From: Octopus vulgaris
Taxonomy: Eukaryota
NCBI GenBank assembly: GCA_951406725.2
Contig: OX597821.1
Span: 103,354,001-103,418,000 of the forward strand
Reading direction: 5' to 3'
Length of the DNA stretch: 64,000 bases
Made by a program: the position numbers and the translations under genes. The notes under the pieces were generated by a model, which saw only the letters and a program-made list of their open reading frames with translations, was not told the origin of the DNA and made no database searches. Positions 27,416-40,643 of this stretch are shown in pieces; position 1 is the first letter of the stretch, and every line of letters begins with the position of its first letter.

Positions 27416-27938
27416 GCATGTAGCCGAAGGAGTTCCACGTAGTTTTCGCCAACCAAATTCATTCACAATGCATCAATTGTCCAAAGTACCGAGCAGTAGA
27501 ACTGAACCCGAAGCCACGAGTTTGCAAAGCGAACTTGTTAACCATACAGACATGTCTGCGCTTAAAATTGTATGATATCAAATATGGCATCAAAATAATA
27601 TTAAAAAGATTTATACGAAAGAAACCTAGAATCGAACTCGCATCGCTTCCGTGAACGTAACGAATCATAACCACTAACCAACATACAAATGCTATAGAAC
27701 GAATGAGTAACATAACATAAACGGTATTTTATTCGATATTTCTCCATAATCGAGATGTCGTCGCTACCTTAAGAGACTTATATTAAACAGCTTAAACCCT
27801 GCGGTATCTAACGGAATTTTCGAAAGTTAATAACAAATGAATTTATAACGTAAAAATTAACTTAGCAGAAATAAATAATATTGAAAGATATTAAAAATAA
27901 AAGTCATTAGTTAATATGACATACTTATCAACTTAGAA

Positions 27939-28005
<67 letters not shown>

Positions 28006-29057
28006 GTGTTTATTAAATGCGAGACATTAAGTTAATTCAATTTAAGAAATATTCATTCGCAAAAGATGCCTAATATGTATGTATGTATGTGTGTGTGTGC
28101 GTGTGTCTAAGTGTGTGTATGCATGTATATATATACGCGTGCGTGTACATAAGTGCATGTATGTATACTTTTGTATGAATAAGGATATATTCACATAAAT
28201 ATATACGTATATAGATATAACTATATATATATATATGTATGTATGTATATATATATATATATATACACATATACATACATATATATACATATGTTTGTGC
28301 TAATACATTTATGGCGGTGTGTGTGTATGTGCGTGCGTGTGTGTAAATATCTACATATATTCATATATTTAGACGTACGTCTCTGCTGTTTAGCAGTAGA
28401 TACGACTCTAGCCTCTAATACATTAATAACTAAACAATGAAAGCTGCTCCGTTATTGCTTGTTGCTTAATGGTAAAACCATAATTACCAAGTATTGGTTA
28501 AATTCTCTGATGTACTATTGCAGTAGAATTACTCGTTGTGCTTCATATACAACACCATACGCCACAGACACGTATCTGCTCGCCAAGGAATTCACTAGAT
28601 ATTGTTATATTTTCTACATTAATTCATTGCAAAATTAGCTATTTTTCTTTTATAGAAGACAGAATCAAAATAGCTTTACAGATGTAATTTACTTCTTGTC
28701 ATTATATCGGTTCTTTTAAAAGTATTTTAGCTCAATAATTGCTTGCAAAGTTAAATCTTAATCTGGGACGCGTATTAGGTTCGTTTTATTTCGATTATTA
28801 AAGCCCTCCCACTGAGGAAAATATGAAAGTAAATGTTGGCCTCCCCCTAGGAAATATATGACCTCATGTCAGGCCTATGCAAGAACCAAATATTAGCACT
28901 TAACGCTTATAACAGCGTTTAGCTCTCAATTCAACTAATTTCACGGCACTTTTGCTCCTAATATCCTTCAGGCATTAGAAAATATACACGACTCGCACAT
29001 CGCGTGCTTATGTAATAGCTAAAAGAAAATTGAAGAAAATAATATAAATATTGGAGA

Positions 29058-29244
29058 GGCGCAGCTATGGCTGTGTGGATAAAAACCTCGATTTCTATCT
29101 ACGTAGCCCCCGGTTCAGTTTTACTGTGCGGCTCCTTAAGCAAGTATCTTCTTCTGTATTCTCGGGCCGACTAGCGTTTTGTGAGTAAATTCGTTAGAAG
29201 GAAACTGTGTGGAAGCTCATCATACATATATACATACATACATG

Positions 29245-29294
<50 letters not shown>

Positions 29295-29295
29295 C

Positions 29296-29333
<38 letters not shown>

Positions 29334-29690
29334 CAAATATATATATAAATGATCAATTTACAAAGAAAGGCCCAGAGAAACAGTTACAAGATAGACTGAT
29401 ATTACATAAGCGTCTAATTAGAAACTAGTAATCACACTTGCGTTGGTGTTAATTTCGATGAGAAGTGAGACGTATTTTGGAGAACATAAGAACAATGGGT
29501 AATGGAGACAAACGCTCAAGATGTTATTTAAATCATTTATATCACCATATCACCTACATACGTTTCGATTGATGCATTAAAATAAATCCGAGAGGAAGAG
29601 CAATGTGGAAAAATACATCAATCTCATCAGAGAAGATGTTATAAACATCAGTGGCGAAATGTATTATTTAAATACCATGTTGTGCATTTG

Positions 29691-29756
<66 letters not shown>

Positions 29757-29972
29757 CTTTGTTTCTCTGTTTATATTTATGTTTGTCCTCCTTCACGGCT
29801 TGAGAACCGTTGTTAGTTTGTTTACGTTCCCTTAAATTAGCGCTTCGGACAAACAGAGCGACAGAATAAATGACACACTTAAAAATATTTATTGGGGTTG
29901 ATTTGGTCGGTTAAACACTTCCAGGCACTGTCTCATTATGGCGGCACTTAGATGACAGAAACAAGTATAAAA
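29058..29972 (+). mobile_element. Diverged SINE B with about 350 bp inserted in its (TA)n tract
   Basis: Head 29058-29220 and tail 29750-29972. The insert at about 29340-29690 carries a minus-strand hammerhead-like motif. Confidence 0.7.
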
Positions 29973-30135
29973 CACACACACACACACACACACGCACACA
30001 CACATGCACGCACACACACACATACACACAGATAGAAACACACGTGTATGTATTCCGCCGAGGTCGACTTTGCCTTTCATCCTTTCGTGGTCGATAAAAT
30101 AAGTACCAGTTGAGTACTGGGGTCGAGAGTAATTG

Positions 30136-30226
<91 letters not shown>

Positions 30227-31154
30227 CATATCATAGAAATCCATATAATATATGTAACTGTGTGTGTCTTTGTCATCTCTTTAAATAATTTGAGTTATCG
30301 GAAGATAGGCAGAATAGGGCACCAAAGAGGGCGTGTCAACCCGTCAGCGGTCAAGCAGAGAAAGGATGGTCACGAGGTACAGAACAGGGAGTTGTGAAGG
30401 GCAGAACGTGTAATGAAGGGTTGAGAGAAAGGCAGAGAGTCAGGGAGAAAGAAAGGATCGTGTAATGAGGAGGAAGAGTATGGAAATACGAAAGGAAAGG
30501 AGTGGAAAATGTTAGGGAAAAACGAATATGAAGAAAGATATGAATGGGGAGAGAGAGAGGGGAATGAAAGGGAAAATGGTAAATAATAGATCGAGGTGGA
30601 CAGACGAAGAAATGGAGGGTAAGTGCAGAGAGAAATTGGACAGATAGATAGAAAGAAATGCAGGTAGATATAGAAGGAATTGTAGAGAGAGAAAAAAAGA
30701 GAATGCAGGTGGGATGTTCAAAAGAAAAAAAAAAGAAAAGGATGGGGAATTGGTAAAGTGAAATGGTGAAGTGAAAAGGAAAACAGAAAAAGCAATAGAG
30801 AAGTAAAGTGATATGAAAGGAAAAACAGAGCGGAAGGAGAGAGGGAAAGATAGAGAAAGATAGAGAAAGAGAGAGAGGATGTCACATCAAATTTTGTCCC
30901 CTCTATCAGGTGTCACGGACATTGGGTGAAAACGAAAAAAAGAAGATGCGTGGTGTTACATTAAATAATACTTTCTACTAAAGGCACAAGGCCTGAAATT
31001 TTGGGAGAGGGGGTAGTCGATTACATCGACCCCAGTGTTTCACTGGTCCTTAATTTATGAAATAATGCTAGTAAGAAGTTACACTGGAAGGCAACAACTG
31101 AGACAGGGACAAACAGACTAGACGTGGATGACCTCATCCATCATCAGTTATTAA

Positions 31155-31247
<93 letters not shown>

Positions 31248-32100
31248 CTGTGTATGTTTATGAATAACCGTTTCTATGTATGTAGTGTCGTTAGATATAT
31301 GTGTAACGCCATCGGGGAAATATACGGGTTCGGACTTTCGTTCTTAGCTCGACTTTCTACAGCATTAAACAGAAGATATCAATCTTAATGTGGATAGGTC
31401 GCTAGTTTATTACAAGCAAACTTACTCAGTATGTCTGTCTATATATTATATTCTCAGCAACCACATCAAGACAGAATATAACATATAAAAGTTAGTTTAT
31501 TTCTAAGATACAGCTAACTGACAGTAATGGCTATAGGAAATGTGACCCGACAACTGATAGCCCATACCTTATTTCTTCCTCGTTTATCCTGTCACAAGCT
31601 TATAAATCTGACACAAATAGACACCAGAAGCATGAACACTCACAAACACGCCGCGCTTATACGTAATGTCATAAGCTATAAACAGCCATTTTCTAACACC
31701 TAAACGTGCTTACGTACACAATCATAGTTCTATATCTACCCACGTATCCTGGCTTTATTGCAAGATTTGTCATCGTTATTGTAATGGTTATATTGAGACT
31801 TTGCAAAATAAAATATAAAAATGAAAATGTATAATATATAATATCTTTAATCATTATCTAAGACGTCAGCATTAAGATTTATTAAATGCTACGACTCCTC
31901 TAGCTTACGGGGATCATACCTATAGACATACATATACCCATACATACACACATATCTATGTATGTATATACATACATATATATACACATGTATGTATATA
32001 TATATATATATATATATGTATACATATATATACATATATATGTATATATATATATATAAATATATATATATCTATAAATATGTATGTATATATGTATGTA

Positions 32101-32174
<74 letters not shown>

Positions 32175-32317
32175 GACACACAGTCATTATTCTCTCTGAC
32201 ATTGACTCTGTAAATAATTTATCATTATAACGATTTATCATTTTAAAGACACTATCTCATTGATGTGAAGAATCGATTTGAAATGTAATGAAGATTCACA
32301 AATTTATCTTTGTAAAA

Positions 32318-32393
<76 letters not shown>

Positions 32394-32735
32394 ACGCACA
32401 CTAAATTATCTATCTATATCTCTGTATTCTGTATACACCTACATATATACATGTAGCAGCTGGAATATAAAATCTCCTTTCCTACATGCAAACAACCACA
32501 GTCATATCTAATGTTATACATGAAAAAAAAATATCCTGCAGGCAGGCAAGTTAGTTTTTACCTTTGTTAAACCGATTACGCTATGAATAGGTATGTTGTC
32601 GGTCAAAATATTTTGCCGTATTTATATCCAAGATTTCATTAATCCCTACAAGGGGTGAAAATCAATACCAGTCATACGTCGGTGATATATATATGTTTGT
32701 GTTTATGCTTTAAACATTATCATAAACTTCCTGCT

Positions 32736-33162
32736 GGATCTTTTCGGTTTGAACGGCAGTTTTTGACATAATTTCTAGGTAACTAAAAAATTTTAAACTT
32801 CGTATACTGGTAGAATGTGTTTATAAAAAAACTTTTTCTCTTGGCTTTATTGAGAAAATTCTATAGTTTGTAAGATATTTGTTGTTCTTTTTCTGCAATT
32901 TCTGCAATTTCAACCAATCAAATAATTCTATTGAGGTAAAAACATTCTGTGCCGTATGAATATGTCCCTCGTTTAAGAAACAGACTGGGTTTATTTACAT
33001 TTGTGAAGAAAAATAGATACCCTTCCCCCACCCCTAACCCTAACTCTAACCCTAACCCTAAAACAGATTGAAATGCAATACATCGATACTAGGGTCATAA
33101 TTATGGGTGACAATTTCATATGACACCGCTAGAAAAAACTGCCGTTCAAACTGAAACGATCC
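32736..33162. mobile_element. MITE with about 29-bp TIRs carrying (CCCTAA)n
   Basis: TIRs GGATCTTTTCGGTTTGAACGGCAGTTTTT and AAAAACTGCCGTTCAAACTGAAACGATCC. Telomere-like units at 33032-33061. Confidence 0.85.
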
Positions 33163-33821
33163 CTCAGTGCCTGCCAATAGAAAGCGTTGTGGTCAAGCGC
33201 ATTTGTTATTAAACTAACAGCTGACGAGTCTTGAGTTTGAATCCCCAAAAGGCCAAATAGTTCTGTGTGTGTGTGAAAAATGGTCTCATAGCCAATTCTG
33301 CGTAAATAGGCTCATCTGCTATTGGTAAACCATATCACGCCATTTAGAAACGGTACGTGAGAAAAATTTGTATCTTATCAAAAATGAGATTTATATCACA
33401 ACAGATTTTACTTCTATCGCTGTTTCGTGATTATTTTACAGTAGTGATATTTTATTTAAGATTTTATTTACTTTTTAATCTAGTGACATAGATGCCAGCG
33501 TGTCTACCAGTTTCTCCTTCTTGCTGTTTTTCTGTATGTATGTCTTTCTCTCTCTCTCTCTCTCTCTTGGTGTCTCTTACTTTCCCTGTCAGTCAGTCTA
33601 TTTGCTTTCGTATCTACGTCTGGATAATGTTTTCCTCTCTCTCTCTTTCTGTTCACCGGAATCGATATATATACCATTCAGAATAGAAAATAGTAACGGT
33701 TGACAGAAAAAAGTAGCGACAAAAAAAAAAGTAAAACAAAAGACCGCAAAAAAAAAAAAACAGGAAAATCAGTTTTCTTTTTGGAGTTTCGGTGCATTTC
33801 AAGTCCCAAAAACTTCAAATG

Positions 33822-33889
<68 letters not shown>

Positions 33890-33890
33890 G

Positions 33891-33972
<82 letters not shown>

Positions 33973-34164
33973 CATCACATACATACATACATAAATACAT
34001 ACATACATACATACATAAATACATACATACATATATACGCCGATAACTATATGGAACACCGATTTCTCTTTGTTGACAGGTACCCATAACTGCCTTGATA
34101 GCATTTCTAACATGGGCATTCCTGTGACAGATTACCTGAGATCTCTTTGACAAAGCACGAATAC

Positions 34165-34615
34165 CACAGATTTTCTTGTCAGTTGTTTGACCGTAAACAG
34201 TTGACCATGTGTTTTGGGGGCTGACGATATGTGCATCTCTGATCATGAGCAGAAGGATTGGGGGAGCATCATGGCCATGTGTTAAAAGGAATTCTCAGAA
34301 GTTTGAATAATTCACCTTTGGAAACATGGGTTGTTCATTCAATATCCGTAAACAATCCTTATTCTGCGACCTTTTGAGCGGGATGGGCTACTCGACAGAA
34401 GAAAATTCTAACTGGGCCCCACCCGTAAGTTCATACGCTGTTTATCTTGATATGAGATCACCATGTCGCACACATATGGTTGTGATGCATGTGCCTGGTG
34501 TACCCTTATCAGACGGGTAGTCATGATGGGTATACTGGGCTTTGTATATTTTACCCCAGTGTCACTTTGACGGCATGCACTGCTCTCTCACTAAATAATA
34601 ATGATGATGATGATG

Positions 34616-34688
<73 letters not shown>

Positions 34689-34695
34689 TAATAAA
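34165..34695 (+). mobile_element. Interspersed repeat D (probable LINE 3' UTR) ending in (AAT)n
   Basis: Matches 37190-37518 over about 330 bp and ends ...CTCTCTCACTAAATAATAAT(AAT)n. Confidence 0.65.
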
Positions 34696-34838
34696 AAATT
34701 GAAAAAATCTATTCGAATCGATATGACAATTTAAACGAGTAGAATTCACGAGAAATTGTTAAGTCGGCAAGTAGTATGACAAGTAAAAGTTATACTGGGC
34801 TGAGCAAGAAAAGTTGAAAGTTATGAACCTGTCTCTAC

Positions 34839-34900
<62 letters not shown>

Positions 34901-35517
34901 GAGATAGAGGGGGATATAGAGAGGGGGAGGGAGGGAGAGAGTCGAAATGTCAACTGATGTTATGTAATATTTATCTCGAAGCATTTCCAGACGATGTCTT
35001 ATATATCAGAATATTTTCTTTGAACGTACCTACTGATATCTGTGGTTATTGAACCTGAAAACAAAACACAGCGATCGATAATCTGGCACTGCTGCTGCTC
35101 TCAAACTTGGCTAAATGTTATTTATTTTATACGCAAACAACGTGCACAACGCACGCATGTGTGTACGTGTGCGTGTACGTGTGCGTGTACGTGTGTGTGC
35201 ATAGGCACACGCATACAAACATACACACATACATATACACATATATGCATACATATACGTATACACATATATACATACATTTACGTATACACATATATAC
35301 ACATATACATACATACATATACACATATATACATATATACATATATACATACATACATATACACATATATACATACATGCATAAATATACGTATACAAAC
35401 ATATATATAATTTAACAGATATATATATGTGTAATGTTCTATATCTTTAGGTGCGTATATGTGCTCTTAGGCACATATACGCGCATAAGAATACAAAAAT
35501 AGAAATATATATATCCA

Positions 35518-35594
35518 CAGTAATCTCTCGCCTTATCGTGGTTCACCTATCGCGGTGAGGTTTTGGAACGTAACACCCGCGATAGTCGAGGGAT

Positions 35595-35599
<5 letters not shown>
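35518..35599. mobile_element. Tiny Tigger-type MITE
   Basis: TIRs CAGTAATCTCTCGCCTTATCGTGG and CCGCGATAGTCGAGGGATTTCTG followed by TA. Confidence 0.55.
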
Positions 35600-35652
<53 letters not shown>

Positions 35653-35817
35653 TTATACTTCTTCTCTTCACTCCTACTCTCCTTCTCTTTTCTCTTCACT
35701 CCTACCCAACTTTTCTTTCCCACCTTCATCATCACCTCTCTCTCGTAATCCCACCCCATCCCTACACATTCCAACCCCACCTTCCCTACCTATCTTTCCC
35801 CACTCCTTTCTGTGTTC

Positions 35818-35853
35818 CTTTCTGTGGAAGAGCGCAGGCTCGAAACGTTAAAG
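35818..35853 (+). ncRNA. Minimal hammerhead-like motif, CUGUNGA variant (copy 2)
   Basis: CTTT-CTGTGGA-A-GAGC-GCAG-GCTC-GAAA-CGTT-AAAG, in an element at about 35655-35945 between (TA)n runs. Confidence 0.65.
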
Positions 35854-35961
35854 ACTTTTTCACTTCCCGAGCGTTATACTAATATATCCGTTTGCTGTCT
35901 ACACCACGTGTCTTCGTCTTTTGTTTTTTTGTGAATTCTCCCTATACACAGACACACACAC

Positions 35962-36029
<68 letters not shown>

Positions 36030-36062
36030 GCGCGCGGGTGTGTGTGTCTGTGTGTGTGTGTG

Positions 36063-36204
36063 TGCATGTGTCTGAAAACGTACCTTATTTCTTTATCTCC
36101 CAAATTTTAAGCGAGGAATATATGTGTATGTGAGAGAAAGAACATGTGAATGTGTGTGATAGCATAATGAGTGTGTATACATATGTGAGAGTATGCGTGA
36201 GTGC

Positions 36205-36240
<36 letters not shown>

Positions 36241-36321
36241 GTTATTTCTCTCACATACACATATATTCCTCGCATAAAATTTGGGAGATAAAGAAATAAG
36301 GTACGTTTTCAGACACATGCA
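36063..36321. repeat. Near-perfect local inverted repeat (about 80-bp arms, 97-bp spacer)
   Basis: 36063-36143 is the reverse complement of 36241-36321 with two mismatches. The arms extend into flanking (TG)n/(CA)n. Confidence 0.92.
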
Positions 36322-36444
36322 CACACACACACACACACAGACAGACAGACACACACACCTACACACAAACGTGCGCGCACATACACACGCAGGGCTACCA
36401 TGTTATGTTGGGCAAACAATCCTTACATTTATCATGTTTACCGA

Positions 36445-36725
36445 TTAAAATGTTTTTGGAATTACATAGTAATATTCGTGGGCTATGACCGGTTCGCATG
36501 AGTATCCTTTCATTTCTCCAATTTTTGGATTTCCTGGAATTTGATACAGCAAACAACTAGTTCCTTTATCTAGCATTCCTAGGACACCTATGACAACATA
36601 TTGTTCAAACCATGAGGTTCCACATTTTGGCAATTTCTACTTCAAGATCTTTATACTTACTCAGTTTTTACTAAGTTTTGACAGATACATTTATATCGAT
36701 GAAGACAGTCATGTCGATTAGTATT
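36445..36725 (-). pseudogene. Decayed RLE-type LINE C-terminus (like 20573 element)
   Basis: LIDMTVFIDINVSVKT ... YKDLEVEIAKMW ... VVIGVLGM ... QIPGNPKIGE. Confidence 0.8.
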
Positions 36726-37050
36726 GCTTTACTTCTCAGAGCGTTCGGTCTTCTTTGTCCTGTGAGAGCGGACAGCAATCTGTCCTCACAGGTCTCAGAG
36801 GGTCTCTTTCCGCATATTATTTTCTTTGATAATTGGTTGTTAACTTTCGTGCAAGTCATTCTACGCTCAGGTACCAGTCTCAAAAGCCTAGCTGTCACCA
36901 GGTTTTTGGGTCTTGATCTGTACACATGTCAATTCCGATTTCTCTGACATATTTCACGAACTTATTTGTTAGTGCTACGTGTCCACCAGCAACTACTGGA
37001 ATGACAGACTCTCCTCATAGTCCACATTCTTGCAATTTCAGTAGTCTATA
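36726..37050 (-). pseudogene. Third-subfamily RLE-type LINE C-terminus plus 3' UTR
   Basis: Manual translation with frameshifts: EIARMWTMRRV..VIPVVAGG..KFVKYVREIGIDM..TARLLRLV. The 3' end runs directly into the neighbouring RLE fragment. Confidence 0.7.
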
Positions 37051-37054
37051 ATTT

Positions 37055-37112
<58 letters not shown>

Positions 37113-37162
37113 TAATAATAATAAAAATAAAATTAATAATAATAATAATGATAATAATAAAG

Positions 37163-37518
37163 AAGGTGGGCTACAGCATATATTCTGCTCAATACCACAG
37201 ATTTGCTTGTCAGTTGTTTGACCTTAAACAGTTGAGCATGGCCCTTAGTGGCTGACGATATATGCATCTCTGATCACAAGAAGTAGTGGGGGAGCATCAT
37301 AGCCATGTGTTGAGAGGGATTCCTTGGGGTTTGAATAATTCACCTCTGGAAACATGGGTGGTTCTTTCAACATCCTTAAACAACCCTTATTCAGGGACCT
37401 TTTGAGCAGGATGGGCTACTCGACCTGAAGAAAATTCTAACTGGGCCCCACCTGCAAGGTCATGTGCTGTTTATCTTGATATGAGATCACCATGTCACGC
37501 ACATATGGTTGTGATGCA
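37163..37518 (+). mobile_element. Interspersed repeat D, second copy
   Basis: Follows (AAT)n at 37057-37160, matches 34165-34490, and is truncated at 37518. Confidence 0.65.
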
Positions 37519-37618
37519 GGGCTATTTTCTGTATGTTATATATATATTTTTAAGTCCTGGTGTCTTTGTTATGTATTTGTTTGAATATTTTTTATCATAC
37601 CTAATGCTCCTACTATTA
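37517..37618 (-). pseudogene. Short RLE-type LINE fragment
   Basis: IIVGALGMIK..KYITKTPGL..YNIQKIAL. The 5' end merges with (AAT)n at ATA ATA GTA. Confidence 0.7.
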
Positions 37619-37658
37619 TTATTATTATCATTATCATTATGATTATTATTATTATTAA

Positions 37659-37872
37659 GGCGGCGAGCTGGCATAAACTTTAGCACGGCGGGCGAAATGC
37701 TTAGCGGTATTTCGTCTGCCGCTCCGTTCTGAGTTCAAATTCCGCCGAGGTTGACTTCGCCTTTAATCATTTCGGGTCGATAAATTAAGTACCAGTTGCG
37801 TACTAAGGTCGGTCTAATCGACTGCCCCCCTCCCCCCAAATTTTGTGCCTTGTGCCTCGAAGAGTAGAAAAG
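37659..37872 (+). mobile_element. SINE family C (C1 tail)
   Basis: GGCGGCGAGCTGGC head, GAGTTCAAATTCC, and a tail running into (ACT)n. Confidence 0.88.
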
Positions 37873-37935
<63 letters not shown>

Positions 37936-38049
37936 GCTACTACTAATACTTCTGCTTTCATAGCAGCAGTTAAAGAGGCGATGAAGGAACTTTACTGTTT
38001 AGGTATGTCAGTATAGGAAACATGACTACAGTAGACCTAGCAATAATGT

Positions 38050-38405
38050 CTGACAACAAGAGCAATTCTAAAAGTTGCTTGCAACAAAGCGAGAGATGCA
38101 CTAGCAAAAATTACTGCGGCAAAAGTATTCACGAACCACAGCGACTGGAAATATGCTAGCAACAGAGTGAGGGCAACGCTAGCAACATTTAGAACAAAAA
38201 AATGTGTCCAACAACCATAGCAACTGGAAAAATTGCTAGCAACAAAGTGGGAGCAACGCTAGCAACATTAGGACAACAAATTTGCCCAACAACCAAAGCA
38301 GCTGTAAAAATTGCTAGCAACAAATTAAGAGCAACGCCAGCAACATTTGCTACTGGAAGTGTATCTAGGACAAGAGCAACAGTAAAATTTGCTTGTAACA
38401 AATGA
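38050..38405. repeat. Diverged 78-bp tandem repeat (about 4.5 units)
   Basis: GCT(A/T)G(C/T)AACA anchors at 38077, 38155, 38235, 38313 and 38391. Confidence 0.75.
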
Positions 38406-39235
38406 AATAATATCGCCATATTTTATTTGGTACTCTAGTGAGTCCGCCATGTCATCGCCTTTCTTTTGAATATGCTCTAAATATTTACGTCTTAGGTATG
38501 GAAATCAAAGACGTGGTGAAATGCAATTACTGAGGTTAGTAGCAGCTTAAGATATGGACACATAATTTTATCTGGAAGCCAGAAGCACATTGCAATGAGG
38601 ACAATAGAAATCATCATTGATATTTATAACTGAGGCCTCTGGAGTGTTCAGAGGAAACTTGGTGTGGTTGCACTGCTTAAAATTTCTAGTTGGCGAGGAT
38701 AAAAAGAAAAAAAAAAATTATGTCTCTAAACATTAAACATAACATTAAATGTTTTTAAAGATGTTTGATCGAAAAAAAAAAACTTTGTAAGTACACTTCA
38801 TAAATTATATACTAAACACTATCAATAAAAACGATAACAAATATAGTGCTCACACCTAGTTTAGCGTTTGTTTACTACAGAGATCTGTTAGACATATTAC
38901 ATCATTGTCTGCACGCAAAAACGAATTTGTAATGACATATTTTTACACTTCATTATTCATGATACGTATATAAAAACTCTTGTGGGATATATAGGTTTCA
39001 AAACTCCATATATACTATTTTGATGACGATTATCACCGTTGTAATTCACTTAAGCTGAACTTCCTTGGTTTGGCAGAAACTCAAGAGCCAAGTGGTTTAC
39101 ACTTCAATATTTATTGCTATTGTTGTTGTTATTGCTCGTTGTGTTTGTCCCATTTTCTCTTCCCCCCTGTTGCCCTCTTCTCCGGGGAAACTTCGTAGAA
39201 CGAATTGTTACTTGAAGAAATTACTGTCGTAGGAG

Positions 39236-39399
39236 GCTTAGGAGTGGCTGTGTGTTAAGTAGCTTGCTTATGAATCGCATGGTTCCGGGTTCAGTCTCAC
39301 TGCGTGGCACCCTGGGCAAGTGTCTTCTACTAAAGTCTAGGGCCGACCAAAGCCTTGTGAGTGGATTTGGTAGACGGAAACTGAAAGAAACCCGTCGTA

Positions 39400-39441
<42 letters not shown>

Positions 39442-39668
39442 CGTGTGTGTGTATATGTTTGTGTGACTGTTTGTCTCCCCAACATCGCTTGACAGCCGAT
39501 GCTGGTGTGTTTACGTCCCCGTAACTTAGCGGTTCGGCAAAAAGTGACCGATAGAATAAGTACTAGGTTTCCAAAGAATAAGTCCTGGGGTTGATTTGCA
39601 CGACTAAAGGCGGTGCTCCAGCATGGCCACAGTCAAATGACTGAAACAAGTAAAAGAGTAAAAGAGTA
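39236..39668 (+). mobile_element. SINE family B (full length)
   Basis: tRNA-like head, internal (TA)n(TG)n, and tail GAAACAAGTAAAAGAGTAAAAGAG. Confidence 0.9.
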
Positions 39669-39949
39669 GTAGCACCACCCCATCATTATAAGATTCAGTG
39701 AAGTATTATTGTACTATTTTCTTCTACTATAGTCACAGTATGTAAAATGTTACTAAAGGAGTCGTAAGTCGAGTACAATGACCTCAGTACTCAATTGGTA
39801 TTTATTTTATCAACCTCCGCTCCTCAAGGATGAACAGCAAATTCTACCTCGGCGTAATTCGAACACAAAACATAAATCCTCAAGAAATCCTGCAAAGCAT
39901 TTTGTCCGGAGTGCTAACGATTCCACCAGCTCACCTTTACTTTATTTAA

Positions 39950-40342
39950 TCTTTTCTTCTCTGCTCTAGGCACAAGGCTCGAAATTTCGGGAGGGAGCCA
40001 GACGATTAGTTCTACCCCAGTGCGCAAGTGGTACTTAATTTATTGACCTCGAAAAGGCGAAGTCGACCTCGGCGGAATTTCAATTCAGAACGTAAAGACG
40101 GACGAAATACCTATTTCTTTACTACCCACAAGGGGCTAAACACAGAGAGGACAAAAAAAGGACAGACAAACGGATTAAGTCGATTATATCGACCCCAGTG
40201 CGTAACTGGTACTTATTTAATCGACCCCGAAAGGGTGAAAGGCAAAGTCGACCCCGGCGGAATTTGAACTCAGAACATAAAGACGGACGAAATACCGCTA
40301 AGCATTTCGCCCGGCGCGCTAACGTTTCTGCCAACTCGTCGC
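39950..40342 (-). mobile_element. SINE family C dimer (C2 unit joined to a C1 unit)
   Basis: Junction TAAAGAAATA|GGTATTTCG at about 40111, identical to the junctions at 17348 and 17532. Confidence 0.88.
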
Positions 40343-40643
40343 ATTCTTTGCTTTATTTAATGCGTCAGAATGCTTACAGTGGAGGGAGATTTTGTCAGCA
40401 ATTACTTGAAGGTCTAGTGACCAGATGCAGACCTCCATTTTTGTCGTTTTAACTTCATTCATATTAATTCTACGTTTTTGTTTAGAAACTCTGTCCGGGT
40501 CGACTTTAAATCATTCATGAGTTGCGGGCGATTAAAAGTAAATTATTCATAAGAAATTGCGCTTTCCCAGTGCAACAAAATGTTCCTTATATTCAAATAC
40601 GTCACTAAAGTATCTTTGAAGAAGAAATGAAAATTCAACTAAT

